The position numbers and the translations under genes are program-made. DNA of 59,744 bases from an uncultured Sphingobacteriia bacterium (GTDB lineage: Bacteria; Bacteroidota; Bacteroidia; Chitinophagales; Chitinophagaceae). Location: positions 1 to 59,744 of the forward strand of contig CAMFKK010000001.1 in assembly GCA_945957225.1 (NCBI GenBank). The letters run 5' to 3'. Of the stretch, positions 1 through 9,076 are shown in pieces; the first letter of the stretch is position 1, and each line of letters opens with the position of its first letter. Below the pieces are notes generated by a model, which saw nothing but the letters and a program-made list of their open reading frames with translations, had not been told where the DNA came from and ran no database searches.

Positions 1-9
1 CACCCCCCC

Positions 10-50
10 TCGACTAGTCGTCGGCAGCGTCAGATGTGTATAAGAGACAG
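10..50 (+). other. Illumina Nextera adapter contamination (i5 index + read-1 transposase adapter)
   Basis: 18-50 = TCGTCGGCAGCGTCAGATGTGTATAAGAGACAG, the Nextera read-1 adapter including the Tn5 mosaic end. 10-17 = TCGACTAG, which I recall as i5 index S513. Located at the very start of the window. Confidence 0.97.
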
Positions 51-419
51 GATGTATTTGTATAAAATTTATATTTTATAATTAATATATTAAAAGTCAC
101 CAAAATTTTTTTATAAAAATTCATAAAAATGAATGTTTGAATTGGAATAGCTAGATTGGTATTTTTTTTTGAATAGCTGGAGCTGGGCATTCTTTGTTTC
201 AGTTAATCCATAATTACCAGTTCAATTCCTAAGCTTAAATTTTGACCCGGTTTTCACATATAGTTTGATACAAATGCAAAGCTCAACACATTTACATAGT
301 CATTTGAAATTTGTTAATTATTAAATTAATAACTAGGTCTCAATCCAATATTAATTGTAAAATGATGTTTTTAATTGATTTGAGTTTAGCTGCGTCATCT
401 CTAAAAGCTTGCTCTTTAA

Positions 420-731
420 ACTATAAATGTTAATATGATCTGGCTTGACCAACTCTAACAACTACATAAAATGAATGTTGCTGCTAATAGCTTCTTCAAT
501 CTTACGACCGCTATAAAAATCGTTGATAAAAATAAAAAATAAGGACTTCAGTAACATCCTTTGATGGCAATTACTAGCCCCTCCATGCTTGTAGCTAGTT
601 ATTAATCCGCTAATATCTATCCAGTCTAACACAGTACTGACTACCCGAACAGCGTGTTTCTTGTTCACCAACTCATCCAAACTTGGAGGTAATAAAAACA
701 GTTGGTTCTGGTCGGTTTGCTTAAATATCAC
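420..731 (-). pseudogene. IS1182-family transposase N-terminal fragment (degraded)
   Basis: FKQTDQNQLFLLPPSLDELV..HAVRVV..GGAS..RMLLK..YSGRKIE..NIHFM matches the IS1182/DUF772 N-terminus. A TAG sits where the conserved Trp is expected, followed by a residual KPDH. No DDE domain. Confidence 0.85.
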
Positions 732-849
732 TTTAAGGTCTTGTTGCTTTGTCGTACAATAAAAAACAATCCATTATTGTAAAAATGCCACCTATTTTTA
801 CTCCCCTTTGTAAATAAACCAACATAAAAACTGTTTTCTCAAATAAAAA

Positions 850-874
850 GAGACCGTCCTTTTGAGGCAATCTC
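850..874 (-). mobile_element. Probable left end of the IS1182 relic (imperfect hairpin)
   Basis: Minus strand reads GAGATTGCCTCAAAAGGACGGTCTC followed by a T-run, about 120 bp upstream of the transposase start. Resembles GAGRCTGTCTCAAAA-type IS1182 ends. Confidence 0.5.
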
Positions 875-929
875 CTTATATCATATGATAATTACTTATT
901 TTTAGTTGAAACCATACCCCTAGATGTAT

Positions 930-1943
930 ATGCAGAAATTCCTGTTGCTGATTGGCTTGATTCCTTTCATTTCTAATGCTCAAGTAAAGCCTTCCTCAAA
1001 TAATACCATTCCACTGATTGAAAGCATCACTAGTGACACTGTAAAAGGAAGTTGCAAAAAAATTGTTTTTGAATACGACCAATTGAAAAGAGCCAGTAGC
1101 ATTTCAGTAAAAAAAATTGAAATTAAAAAAGGGTCCGAGTCTGTGGAAACTTTAATAAAAGTTCAAGATTTTCAATACCAACAAAATGAACAGCTACCTT
1201 TTAAAAGCCATACCCTTAATTACGATTATGAGGATATCAGATTTAGTAAAGAAATAGATGGGCAGTCCCAGCAAATACAATATTTTCTGTTGAAAAACGG
1301 AAAACGAATTGGCGATAGTACCATTTATCAGGAATATGAACAACTTGTAAAAGATGCAAAATTTGATGATAAAATTGCCCAAAAAAGAGTAGCGACTTTT
1401 GTACAGACTCCAACTAAATTAGTACGTGAAATGGGACTTTCAATAAAAGAACCTGACATGCCTCATTCATCAAGATTTTATATTGATTCTTTTGTAATAA
1501 ATGCACAACAAAATATTGCCTTTGAATCATCTGTACATTATATATATAACCATAGCTATCCAAAAACAGTTTTTACTTTCACCAAATTTGACAAAGCCAT
1601 TAATCCATTGCATCAATTAAATATTGCAGCACTACTTTCAAACGAAAAGATTACCCTAAGTTTTGGTTCAGATGAAATGCAACAAATTGGCGAATGTTTT
1701 GATGGCCTTGGTACTGAATTTGATTGGTATTATCTAAATCAGCATAATCCAATGAATTATTATTTTGAAAGGGGAGAAACAGAGTCTCCATTTAAGGATA
1801 TCATTCAGTTATCTTATACTTACAACCAATATCATCAACCTACCTATTATAAAGCATTGGTCAAGAAATTTTTTAAGCATGCTGATGATGGCAGATTAGC
1901 GGGTACGTATAAAAAGTCATTTACATATAGATACAAACAATAA
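930..1943 (+). CDS. Secreted hypothetical protein, paralog 1 of tandem pair
   Basis: Signal peptide MQKFLLLIGLIPFISNAQ; Tyr/Phe-rich beta-strand pattern; collinear with 1988..2983. Start placed at MQK by alignment to the paralog. Confidence 0.85.
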   Translation: MQKFLLLIGLIPFISNAQVKPSSNNTIPLIESITSDTVKGSCKKIVFEYDQLKRASSISVKKIEIKKGSESVETLIKVQDFQYQQNEQLPFKSHTLNYDYEDIRFSKEIDGQSQQIQYFLLKNGKRIGDSTIYQEYEQLVKDAKFDDKIAQKRVATFVQTPTKLVREMGLSIKEPDMPHSSRFYIDSFVINAQQNIAFESSVHYIYNHSYPKTVFTFTKFDKAINPLHQLNIAALLSNEKITLSFGSDEMQQIGECFDGLGTEFDWYYLNQHNPMNYYFERGETESPFKDIIQLSYTYNQYHQPTYYKALVKKFFKHADDGRLAGTYKKSFTYRYKQ

Positions 1944-1987
1944 ACTTATTTATTAGAAACAGTATCAAGTTACCTCCTACAATTTTT

Positions 1988-2983
1988 ATGCAAAAATTCC
2001 TATTGTTATTCAGTTTAATCCCTTTTATTACTGCTGCTCAAGTAAAGCATTCTTCAAAAAAAGCTGCACCCCTGATTGAAAGCATTACCAGCGATACAGT
2101 TAAAGGAAAATATAAAGCATTTGTTTTTGAATACGACCAGTTAAAAAGGGTCAGTAGTATCACAGAAAAAGAAAATGAAATAAAAAAAGGACTCAAGAAC
2201 AAAACTAGTACAGTTGAAAGAATAATCGAGGTTCAAAAATTTCAATATCGTCAAGAAGAACAGATTCCTTTTGCAAGGCAAATAGATTTTTATGATGATG
2301 AAACTGGAGAACTAATTCCTGAGTACCAAAAATTGGAATATTTTCTATTTAAAAAAGGCAAACGCATTGGTGATAGTACCGTTTATCCTCTATATAAAGA
2401 GAAAGTAAATGCACGAGTGGCCACTTTTGTACAGACGCCAACTGAAGTAACTCATGAATTGGATCTTAGTGAAAAGGATTCAACTACCTATCATCCACCC
2501 AATATTTATTATAATCATTTTACTATAGGTAAGAAAAAAAATATAGTGGATGAATCAAAAGAACGTATTATTAGTTTCAGATTCAATCCTAGAGCTTATT
2601 TTACTTTTTCCAAATTTGATCAAGCCATTAATCCACTCCATCAATTAAATATTGCTCCACTACTTTCAAATGAAAAAATCAGTATCAGCTATAATGATGA
2701 TGATTTGTTACTGCTATCTCCTTCTTTTGATCACAACGATGGTACAGAAATTAACTGGCATTTTTTGAATCTGAATAACCCATTAATGTATTCTATTGAA
2801 AGGGGAGAAACTGATTCTCCGTTTAAAGATATCATTCAGTTTTTCTATAGCTACAACCAATTTCAGCAACCTACCTTTTGTAAAACCATCATTAAAAAAG
2901 TGGTTAATAAAGATCCGGAACACAAATACGGAACAATTGGAACTTTTAAAAAGTCATTTACGTTTAGGTATAAAAACGGATAG
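1988..2983 (+). CDS. Secreted hypothetical protein, paralog 2 of tandem pair
   Basis: Shares PLIESITSDTVKG, GKRIGDST, RVATFVQTPT, AINPLHQLNIA and SPFKDIIQ with the upstream ORF. Confidence 0.85.
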   Translation: MQKFLLLFSLIPFITAAQVKHSSKKAAPLIESITSDTVKGKYKAFVFEYDQLKRVSSITEKENEIKKGLKNKTSTVERIIEVQKFQYRQEEQIPFARQIDFYDDETGELIPEYQKLEYFLFKKGKRIGDSTVYPLYKEKVNARVATFVQTPTEVTHELDLSEKDSTTYHPPNIYYNHFTIGKKKNIVDESKERIISFRFNPRAYFTFSKFDQAINPLHQLNIAPLLSNEKISISYNDDDLLLLSPSFDHNDGTEINWHFLNLNNPLMYSIERGETDSPFKDIIQFFYSYNQFQQPTFCKTIIKKVVNKDPEHKYGTIGTFKKSFTFRYKNG

Positions 2984-3056
2984 GAGTGGAAGGGAGATCT
3001 ATTATTAAATACATTTCAAGTACTTAAAAAGTTTATTTTAGTAGTATCAACAATGT

Positions 3057-4175
3057 TTGCTATCCATGAGTTCCCTAACTAAAAAAATAGCCATTTATCT
3101 GATGGTATTGCTATTCTCCGGAATGGCTGTGCAATCTCAGGAAAACATCCCCGATTTTCAATTGGCCCTGCAAGCCAAATTCAAAGCAGGAGTCAACATT
3201 AGTTTTTTTGAAAACTATTGGAAGCCAGAAGAATACCTGCTGGGCAATTATAGAAAAGTCATGGACAAAGTGGCGCTGGCGCATCAACTGGGTTTTACCA
3301 GTATTCGTCTTCCTGTTGCATTTGATAATTTTTTGGAAAAAGGGACCAACAATATCACCCAACAATTGCTGGATGACCTAACAGAGATCTATGATTTTGT
3401 GGCATCCAAGAATATGAACTTGATCATCACCTATCACTATGGCTCTTTGTACAAAAAAGATGACAAAGCCAAAGAAGCGGATAGGATTGCCGATATGTGG
3501 AGCCAGGTAGTAGCCAGATTCAAAGGCAAGGGTTATGAGCGTTTGTTTTTTGGATTGTATAATGAGCCTAGGATTGCGGTAGAGGACTGGCGTTACACCA
3601 AGAAACGCTTGATGTTTTTACTAAGACCCAAAGACCTAGACCGTTATTGGATTGTAGGTTCTACTAATTATAATGGCATTGATGCCATGATACAATTGAA
3701 GAAAATTCCAGGGGATAAAAAAATCATCTATACTTTCCATTTTTATCAACCCTATATCTTTACGCACCAAGGTGCACCTTGGGATCCCGAGAAAACTTTT
3801 ATTAAGGGTCTACCTTATCCCTTCATACCAACAGCCATGCCGCCTAAGCCAGATAGACCCATGTCTAAGGATATGCATTATAACTATGATCATTACTCAG
3901 AACGAGCTAGCAGAAATTTTATAGACCAGCGATTAAGAATAGTATACAACTGGATGATGGAAAATCAAGTTCCAGTGATTTGCACAGAAACAGGATCTAT
4001 TGGTAATATACCTAAAGAATACAGAGAAAACTATTTTAATGATGTCATGTATGTGATGAAATGGTTTGGTATCCCTGCCATGATCTGGGATTTAGACCAA
4101 ACTTTTAAAATCATTGATGGAGACAAGCATCCTGTTAATGCTGTTTCCAACTGGGTCAATAGTTTTGAAAAATAA
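3057..4175 (+). CDS. Glycoside hydrolase family 5 (cellulase family)
   Basis: Signal peptide; GVN, SIRLPV, LYNEP (acid/base), YTFHFYQPYIFTHQGAPW, CTETG (nucleophile), IWD. Start may be ATG at 3066. Confidence 0.9.
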   Translation: MLSMSSLTKKIAIYLMVLLFSGMAVQSQENIPDFQLALQAKFKAGVNISFFENYWKPEEYLLGNYRKVMDKVALAHQLGFTSIRLPVAFDNFLEKGTNNITQQLLDDLTEIYDFVASKNMNLIITYHYGSLYKKDDKAKEADRIADMWSQVVARFKGKGYERLFFGLYNEPRIAVEDWRYTKKRLMFLLRPKDLDRYWIVGSTNYNGIDAMIQLKKIPGDKKIIYTFHFYQPYIFTHQGAPWDPEKTFIKGLPYPFIPTAMPPKPDRPMSKDMHYNYDHYSERASRNFIDQRLRIVYNWMMENQVPVICTETGSIGNIPKEYRENYFNDVMYVMKWFGIPAMIWDLDQTFKIIDGDKHPVNAVSNWVNSFEK

Positions 4176-4790
4176 TTAGAGTCTAAAGCCGGTCATAAAA
4201 ACTAGCCCTAGATTTTTATCATCCAATTTAGAGGAATAAAAGCCCTTGAGTTCTGCACCAAGATAGATGTGCGGGCTGATGGCTTTTTTATATCCTGCTG
4301 CTAGTCCAAAATCGCCTAACGATAGATTGGTGGCGGTTGATCTTTGCTCACCCAATGGGGTTTTGGTATAGACCTTATTGAGTAAGATGGATTGACCCAT
4401 GGTAAAACTGCCGTAAAAGTCTTGCAAGAATTTCATGGAAATTACTAACTGAATAGGGATGGCCGCATTTGAAATTTTGGCCTCACTTACAACAGTTGGC
4501 TTTTCTTTAATACTATATAAGCCATTATAACCAGTTTCTAAACCCAGACTTAAGTTATGTCCTGGTTCCCACATAAATCTGGTTACTAATGCAAAGTTGA
4601 ATTCACGCACATATTGTTTGGAGACTTCCAGATTATTAAAATAGTAACTGGGCCCCATACCAGCATAAATACTAAAGCGATGTTTCTTGGTCTTGGTGGC
4701 ATTGCTCAAATCCTGGGCATGCAAAGCAAAAGTACTGGCAAGTACCATTAATAAAACAGATCCCAACAACAATGCTTTTTTCATTTTCAA
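4176..4790 (-). CDS. Putative small outer-membrane beta-barrel protein
   Basis: Signal peptide, alternating amphipathic strands, C-terminal ..MTGFRL. Confidence 0.7.
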   Translation of the reverse strand: MKMKKALLLGSVLLMVLASTFALHAQDLSNATKTKKHRFSIYAGMGPSYYFNNLEVSKQYVREFNFALVTRFMWEPGHNLSLGLETGYNGLYSIKEKPTVVSEAKISNAAIPIQLVISMKFLQDFYGSFTMGQSILLNKVYTKTPLGEQRSTATNLSLGDFGLAAGYKKAISPHIYLGAELKGFYSSKLDDKNLGLVFMTGFRL

Positions 4791-4793
4791 ACT

Positions 4794-6026
4794 TTAAAAC
4801 AAAGTATAATAATCATAAACCACATAGGCTGGATAATCCGTGATCATACCATCAAACTGTCCGTTGATTAAATAATTGCGAATCATATTTCTGTCATTCA
4901 AAGTCCAACTCAATACTTTAATCCCATTGGCATGTGCTTTTTGAACAGCATCCAATACCAGTCCCTCTGTAAACCTTGGTCCATAATATTTGCTTCCGTT
5001 TTCAATGGCAAGTTCTACCGATTGTTCACATAGGGTAGGAAGACTAGCATAACTGGGTTGTTTTTTGTACTCGGCAATTACATCGGCCGATGGCATGCCA
5101 GCAATGAAATGCACTGTTCTATTTTGTGCAGCCGCTCTTGCATAACCCTTTCTGATCACGGGCTCCAAGTATTTGAAAATATCGGGATTGCCTTTGATGT
5201 CTAACCATAAATAAGTCAGATTAGTGCTGTCAATAAAAGCGTTCAACACTTGCTCCACTGAGGGTACTTTTTGACCATCAATCAGGGTTACATAAGAACT
5301 GATTAATGCAAAACTATATTGGTCCCATTTGCCAGACAAGGGTCCTTTCAACGTTAATCTGGTATCAATGGTGGCGTCATGTACACAAATGGGTACATTG
5401 TCCTTGGTCAAGCGTACATCAAATTCCAAACCTCGGCAGCCATAGTCCTCATCATTTAGCACATTGAGCAAAGAATTTTCTGCAAATGGCGGGTCAGATG
5501 TGGTTTGCACCCCGTGGTGGGCCATCACCATAAAGTCTTTGCTTAGTGCCTTGTCTGAGAATTTGCGTTGGTACTGCAATTGCATGCTAGATCCATTGAC
5601 GCCCGTGATTTTTAAATTATTGACAATGCCATTTAATAAATCAGTAGCACCATTAGCAGCAGTGATTGCAAATTGAATATTGCCTTGGTCTTTCTTTTCT
5701 GAATATCGCCAAAAGCCAGAAAACTGAATAGAACCATCAGTGGCTTTACCATATTTAAGAATAATAAAAATGCCTTCTTTGTTGCTAAAAAATGAAACCT
5801 TATATCTGGATACTTTGCAAACAAATTGTTCTCCCAGTTCATTACTGCCAGAAGCAAGGGTATAAATCCCCTCCATTTTTTTCATGATGCTGCCCGGAAT
5901 AGATTGGGTATTCACCAGGTTCTCATCTTTGGATCCCGGGGGGATGGTAATCAGGTTTTTTCTGCATCCTGTTGTGAGCAGGAAGCAGAGTAGGATGACT
6001 AATGTATGTGTAGCAAATGCTTTCAT
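4794..6026 (-). CDS. Glycerophosphodiester phosphodiesterase-family lipoprotein
   Basis: Lipobox LLTTGC; AHHG..ENS, LEFDVRLTKDNVPICVHD, LDIK, WTLND, GMITDYP. Confidence 0.88.
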   Translation of the reverse strand: MKAFATHTLVILLCFLLTTGCRKNLITIPPGSKDENLVNTQSIPGSIMKKMEGIYTLASGSNELGEQFVCKVSRYKVSFFSNKEGIFIILKYGKATDGSIQFSGFWRYSEKKDQGNIQFAITAANGATDLLNGIVNNLKITGVNGSSMQLQYQRKFSDKALSKDFMVMAHHGVQTTSDPPFAENSLLNVLNDEDYGCRGLEFDVRLTKDNVPICVHDATIDTRLTLKGPLSGKWDQYSFALISSYVTLIDGQKVPSVEQVLNAFIDSTNLTYLWLDIKGNPDIFKYLEPVIRKGYARAAAQNRTVHFIAGMPSADVIAEYKKQPSYASLPTLCEQSVELAIENGSKYYGPRFTEGLVLDAVQKAHANGIKVLSWTLNDRNMIRNYLINGQFDGMITDYPAYVVYDYYTLF

Positions 6027-6031
6027 GGAAC

Positions 6032-6787
6032 TTAGAGATTTAATCCCAATTGAAATTCAGGAAAAATATATCGATAACTATTCACGGGTAATGCCGGCCA
6101 AGCCAGAATATGGTAGCGTAGATAATTGATCTTCAAACCCAATGACATGGTTTTCTGTTTGTACAATCTTTGTTCAAAACTGGTGGTAATGCTACCCCCA
6201 TTAATAAAACCACTGTTATAAGCTATCTTATTACCCCCATGACTCACATTCATGCTACTGGTATAATATAAATCGCCCCGCACAGTTAAAGCTGTTTTTC
6301 CAAAATCATGCCCCCAAGTGATGGATGGTTGTTGCTCCCAGCCGGTAAGTACGGACTCAAAACCAAAATGATTGAGCATACCCAAATTGAATCCCAATTG
6401 GTAGCCAATTCCCAGATAATTGTTTCCAAACTGCTGGTTCCAAAAAGGTCCAAAATTAAATCTGTTTGAAATGATTAGGGAGGAAAGTCCGCCTTGTAGA
6501 TTAAAGCCTTTGCCCAAACTGTATTTGGCACTATAATTAAACATGGGTGCATTCACCATGTCTAGGGTCCAGATTCTTGGTGGCACTACATAATATATAG
6601 AAAGGGCTTGGGTAAATTTTCCCTTAGGTTGTGATTGCGGCAACAGAAAGCTTTTTGAAGCTATATTGAACGGATCCGATTGGGCCTTGCTCAGTTGAAT
6701 AGATAGAAAACCTACTACTGCAATACAAAACAGTTGTTGTTTGATTGAATACACCAAGGCACACAATGGGGATGCGTTTTTTGACAT
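6032..6787 (-). CDS. Putative outer-membrane beta-barrel protein
   Basis: Signal-like N-terminus; beta-strand pattern; C-terminal PEFQLGLNL; 5 bp from the GDPD gene. Confidence 0.65.
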   Translation of the reverse strand: MSKNASPLCALVYSIKQQLFCIAVVGFLSIQLSKAQSDPFNIASKSFLLPQSQPKGKFTQALSIYYVVPPRIWTLDMVNAPMFNYSAKYSLGKGFNLQGGLSSLIISNRFNFGPFWNQQFGNNYLGIGYQLGFNLGMLNHFGFESVLTGWEQQPSITWGHDFGKTALTVRGDLYYTSSMNVSHGGNKIAYNSGFINGGSITTSFEQRLYKQKTMSLGLKINYLRYHILAWPALPVNSYRYIFPEFQLGLNL

Positions 6788-6893
6788 AAAAGGGATAATG
6801 GGCTGATATCAAATATAGTACAATAGTCATTTGACCTATTCCTTTTGGTTGCTCGTAAAAAATTAAGGTTATTTGCATTAAATAACTGTTAAC

Positions 6894-7610
6894 ATGCTTC
6901 CTAAGTACAAACGCATCCTGCTAAAACTTTCTGGAGAAGCCTTGTTGGGTGACCAACGCAATGGCGATCCCTTTAACCCCAAGATCATTGAACAATATGC
7001 CATGGATATCAAGTCTGTGACTGATTTGGGGGTACAAGTAGCCATTGTCATTGGCGGAGGAAATATCTATCGCGGAATGAATGAAGCAGAAAGCGGTATT
7101 GAACGCGCCCATGGCGATTATATGGGCATGTTGGCCACTGTGATTAATGCTATGGCTATGCAGTCCATGCTGGAGCGATTTGGGGTCTACACCCGTTTAC
7201 AATCTGCTATTCAGATGGACCAGGTAGCAGAGCCTTATATTCGCCGCAAGGCCCTGCGTCACTTAGAAAAAGGCCGTGTGGTCATTTTTGGTGCCGGTAC
7301 GGGTAACCCTTATTTTACAACTGATACGGCTGGATCACTCCGTGCAGTTGAGATGAAGGCCGATGTAATTTTAAAAGGAACCAGGGTTAATGGCATTTAT
7401 ACGGCTGATCCTGAAAAGGACCCCACTGCCACCCGTTTTGACAAAATCAGCTACGAAGAGTGTATTGCTAAGAACCTCAAAGTGATGGATATGACAGCTT
7501 TTACACTTTGTATGGAAAACAAGCTCCCGATTATTGTATTTAATATGAACGAACCTGGTAATCTCTTAAAAGTGGTGGAAGGTTCTGATTTGGGTACTTT
7601 GGTGAGCTAA
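6894..7610 (+). CDS. pyrH: UMP kinase
   Basis: [52 protein letters not shown]. Confidence 0.98.
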   Translation: MLPKYKRILLKLSGEALLGDQRNGDPFNPKIIEQYAMDIKSVTDLGVQVAIVIGGGNIYRGMNEAESGIERAHGDYMGMLATVINAMAMQSMLERFGVYTRLQSAIQMDQVAEPYIRRKALRHLEKGRVVIFGAGTGNPYFTTDTAGSLRAVEMKADVILKGTRVNGIYTADPEKDPTATRFDKISYEECIAKNLKVMDMTAFTLCMENKLPIIVFNMNEPGNLLKVVEGSDLGTLVS

Positions 7611-7667
7611 TCACCCGCTGCTGTAATTTATTTGAGACATTGTTTGGCCATTGGTAATTTCACAAGC

Positions 7668-8969
7668 ATGAAGAAACTGTTCTTGGTCCTGTTTTGCACT
7701 ATTGCACTAAAGGGTATATCGCAACAAAGGCTTACGTTAACAGATGCCATTAATCAGGCGCTGAAAAACAGTTACGATATTCAGTTGGCCCAAAACAGTC
7801 TTGACATTAGTGTGATCAATAATAGTGCTGGTGTGGCCGGGGGGCTTCCTACGGTTACAGCGGGAGCTAATGACAATGAAACCATTACCAGTATCAATCA
7901 AAAATTTCCTGATCCCGCACGTGATACCAAAAGAAGCAATGTTGGTAGTAATAACCTAACTGCCAATATTACTGGTAGTATTTTGTTGTACAATGGTCTT
8001 AGGGTGCAAGCTACGCGCGAACGCTTAGATCAATTGGAAAAGCAGAACCAGCAATTGCTGGCTTCCCAGGTTCAAAATACCATTGCAGCCGTAATGGCCA
8101 AATACTTTGACGTGGTTAGGCAGCAATATTTTTTGCAAGCTCTGGACCGTACCATTGAAGTTTCTAAACAAAAATTGAGCATTTTAGAAGTTCGCAAAGA
8201 AGTGGGTGTTGCCAATAATGCCGATATTTTTCAGGCACAGCTAGATTTGAATGCCAATTTACAAGCCAAGCAAACCCAGTTTTTGGCTATTGACTTGGCA
8301 AAAACAGATTTACTGAATCTGATTTTCTTAAAACCAGCTGATCAGCCCATAACTATCAAAGACACTATTATCATTGACAAGTCTTTGCGTTTAGACAGTG
8401 TTCGCGCCCAATTGAGTGAGAATCCTTTGGTGGTAGCTCAGCAACAACAGATACATATTAATGAGCTCTTGCAAAAAGAAGCCAAAGCCGCTAGCTACCC
8501 TACCTTGAGAGCAACAACCGGTTTTAACCTTTCTAGCCAAAGCAGTGCAGCGGGTTTTATCTTGTTGAATCAGAGCTATGGGCCCTTTATTGGTTTGAAC
8601 TTGCAGATTCCTATTTACAATGGATCTATTGTAAAAAAGCAGCAACAGGTGGCTGGGATTAATACAAGAAGTGCTAAGACCATTTATGACAACCTTTTGT
8701 TGGACTATGAAACTGGTGCCGTAAAAACCTATCAGGCTTATACCAATACCCTAGAGCAATTAAAAACTGAGAGAGAGAATTTTAAATTGTCTCAACAGTT
8801 ATTGGATTTGATTACCCAAAAATTTGAACTGGGTAATGCTACCATTATTGATGTTAAACAGGCACAACAGAGTTTTGAAAATACCAGTTATCGTTTGATC
8901 AACTTGAGTTATACCGCAAAGCTGGCCGAGATTGAATTAAAACGCCTGTCTAGCAAGCTGAGTTTTTAA
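7668..8969 (+). CDS. TolC-family outer membrane efflux protein
   Basis: Signal peptide MKKLFLV.., LTLTDAINQALKN, YPTL, LQIPIYNG, KFELG; two OEP repeats. Confidence 0.9.
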   Translation: MKKLFLVLFCTIALKGISQQRLTLTDAINQALKNSYDIQLAQNSLDISVINNSAGVAGGLPTVTAGANDNETITSINQKFPDPARDTKRSNVGSNNLTANITGSILLYNGLRVQATRERLDQLEKQNQQLLASQVQNTIAAVMAKYFDVVRQQYFLQALDRTIEVSKQKLSILEVRKEVGVANNADIFQAQLDLNANLQAKQTQFLAIDLAKTDLLNLIFLKPADQPITIKDTIIIDKSLRLDSVRAQLSENPLVVAQQQQIHINELLQKEAKAASYPTLRATTGFNLSSQSSAAGFILLNQSYGPFIGLNLQIPIYNGSIVKKQQQVAGINTRSAKTIYDNLLLDYETGAVKTYQAYTNTLEQLKTERENFKLSQQLLDLITQKFELGNATIIDVKQAQQSFENTSYRLINLSYTAKLAEIELKRLSSKLSF

Positions 8970-9010
8970 ATCCCCCTTAAATTATTTGATACTGATGCTA
9001 AATGGCATCT

Positions 9011-9026
9011 AGGCATTCTTTTTGAT
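9011..9026 (+). promoter_or_regulatory. Candidate sigma-54-like -24/-12 element
   Basis: AGGCATTCTTTTTGAT = GG-N10-GA, about 50 bp upstream of ATG 9077. The -12 differs from canonical GC. Confidence 0.3.
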
Positions 9027-9076
9027 GCTAATATTGTCTGCTGCATACATTGTAGACTTATTTGAATTGTTGAATC

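Noticed and set aside
32-50. Tn5 mosaic end as a genuine transposon end
   Set aside because: It is embedded in the full Nextera adapter with an index, so it is a library artefact.
51-419. Continuation of the transposase or another gene in the AT-rich start
   Set aside because: No ORF of useful length and no recognisable DDE motifs; cannot be supported.
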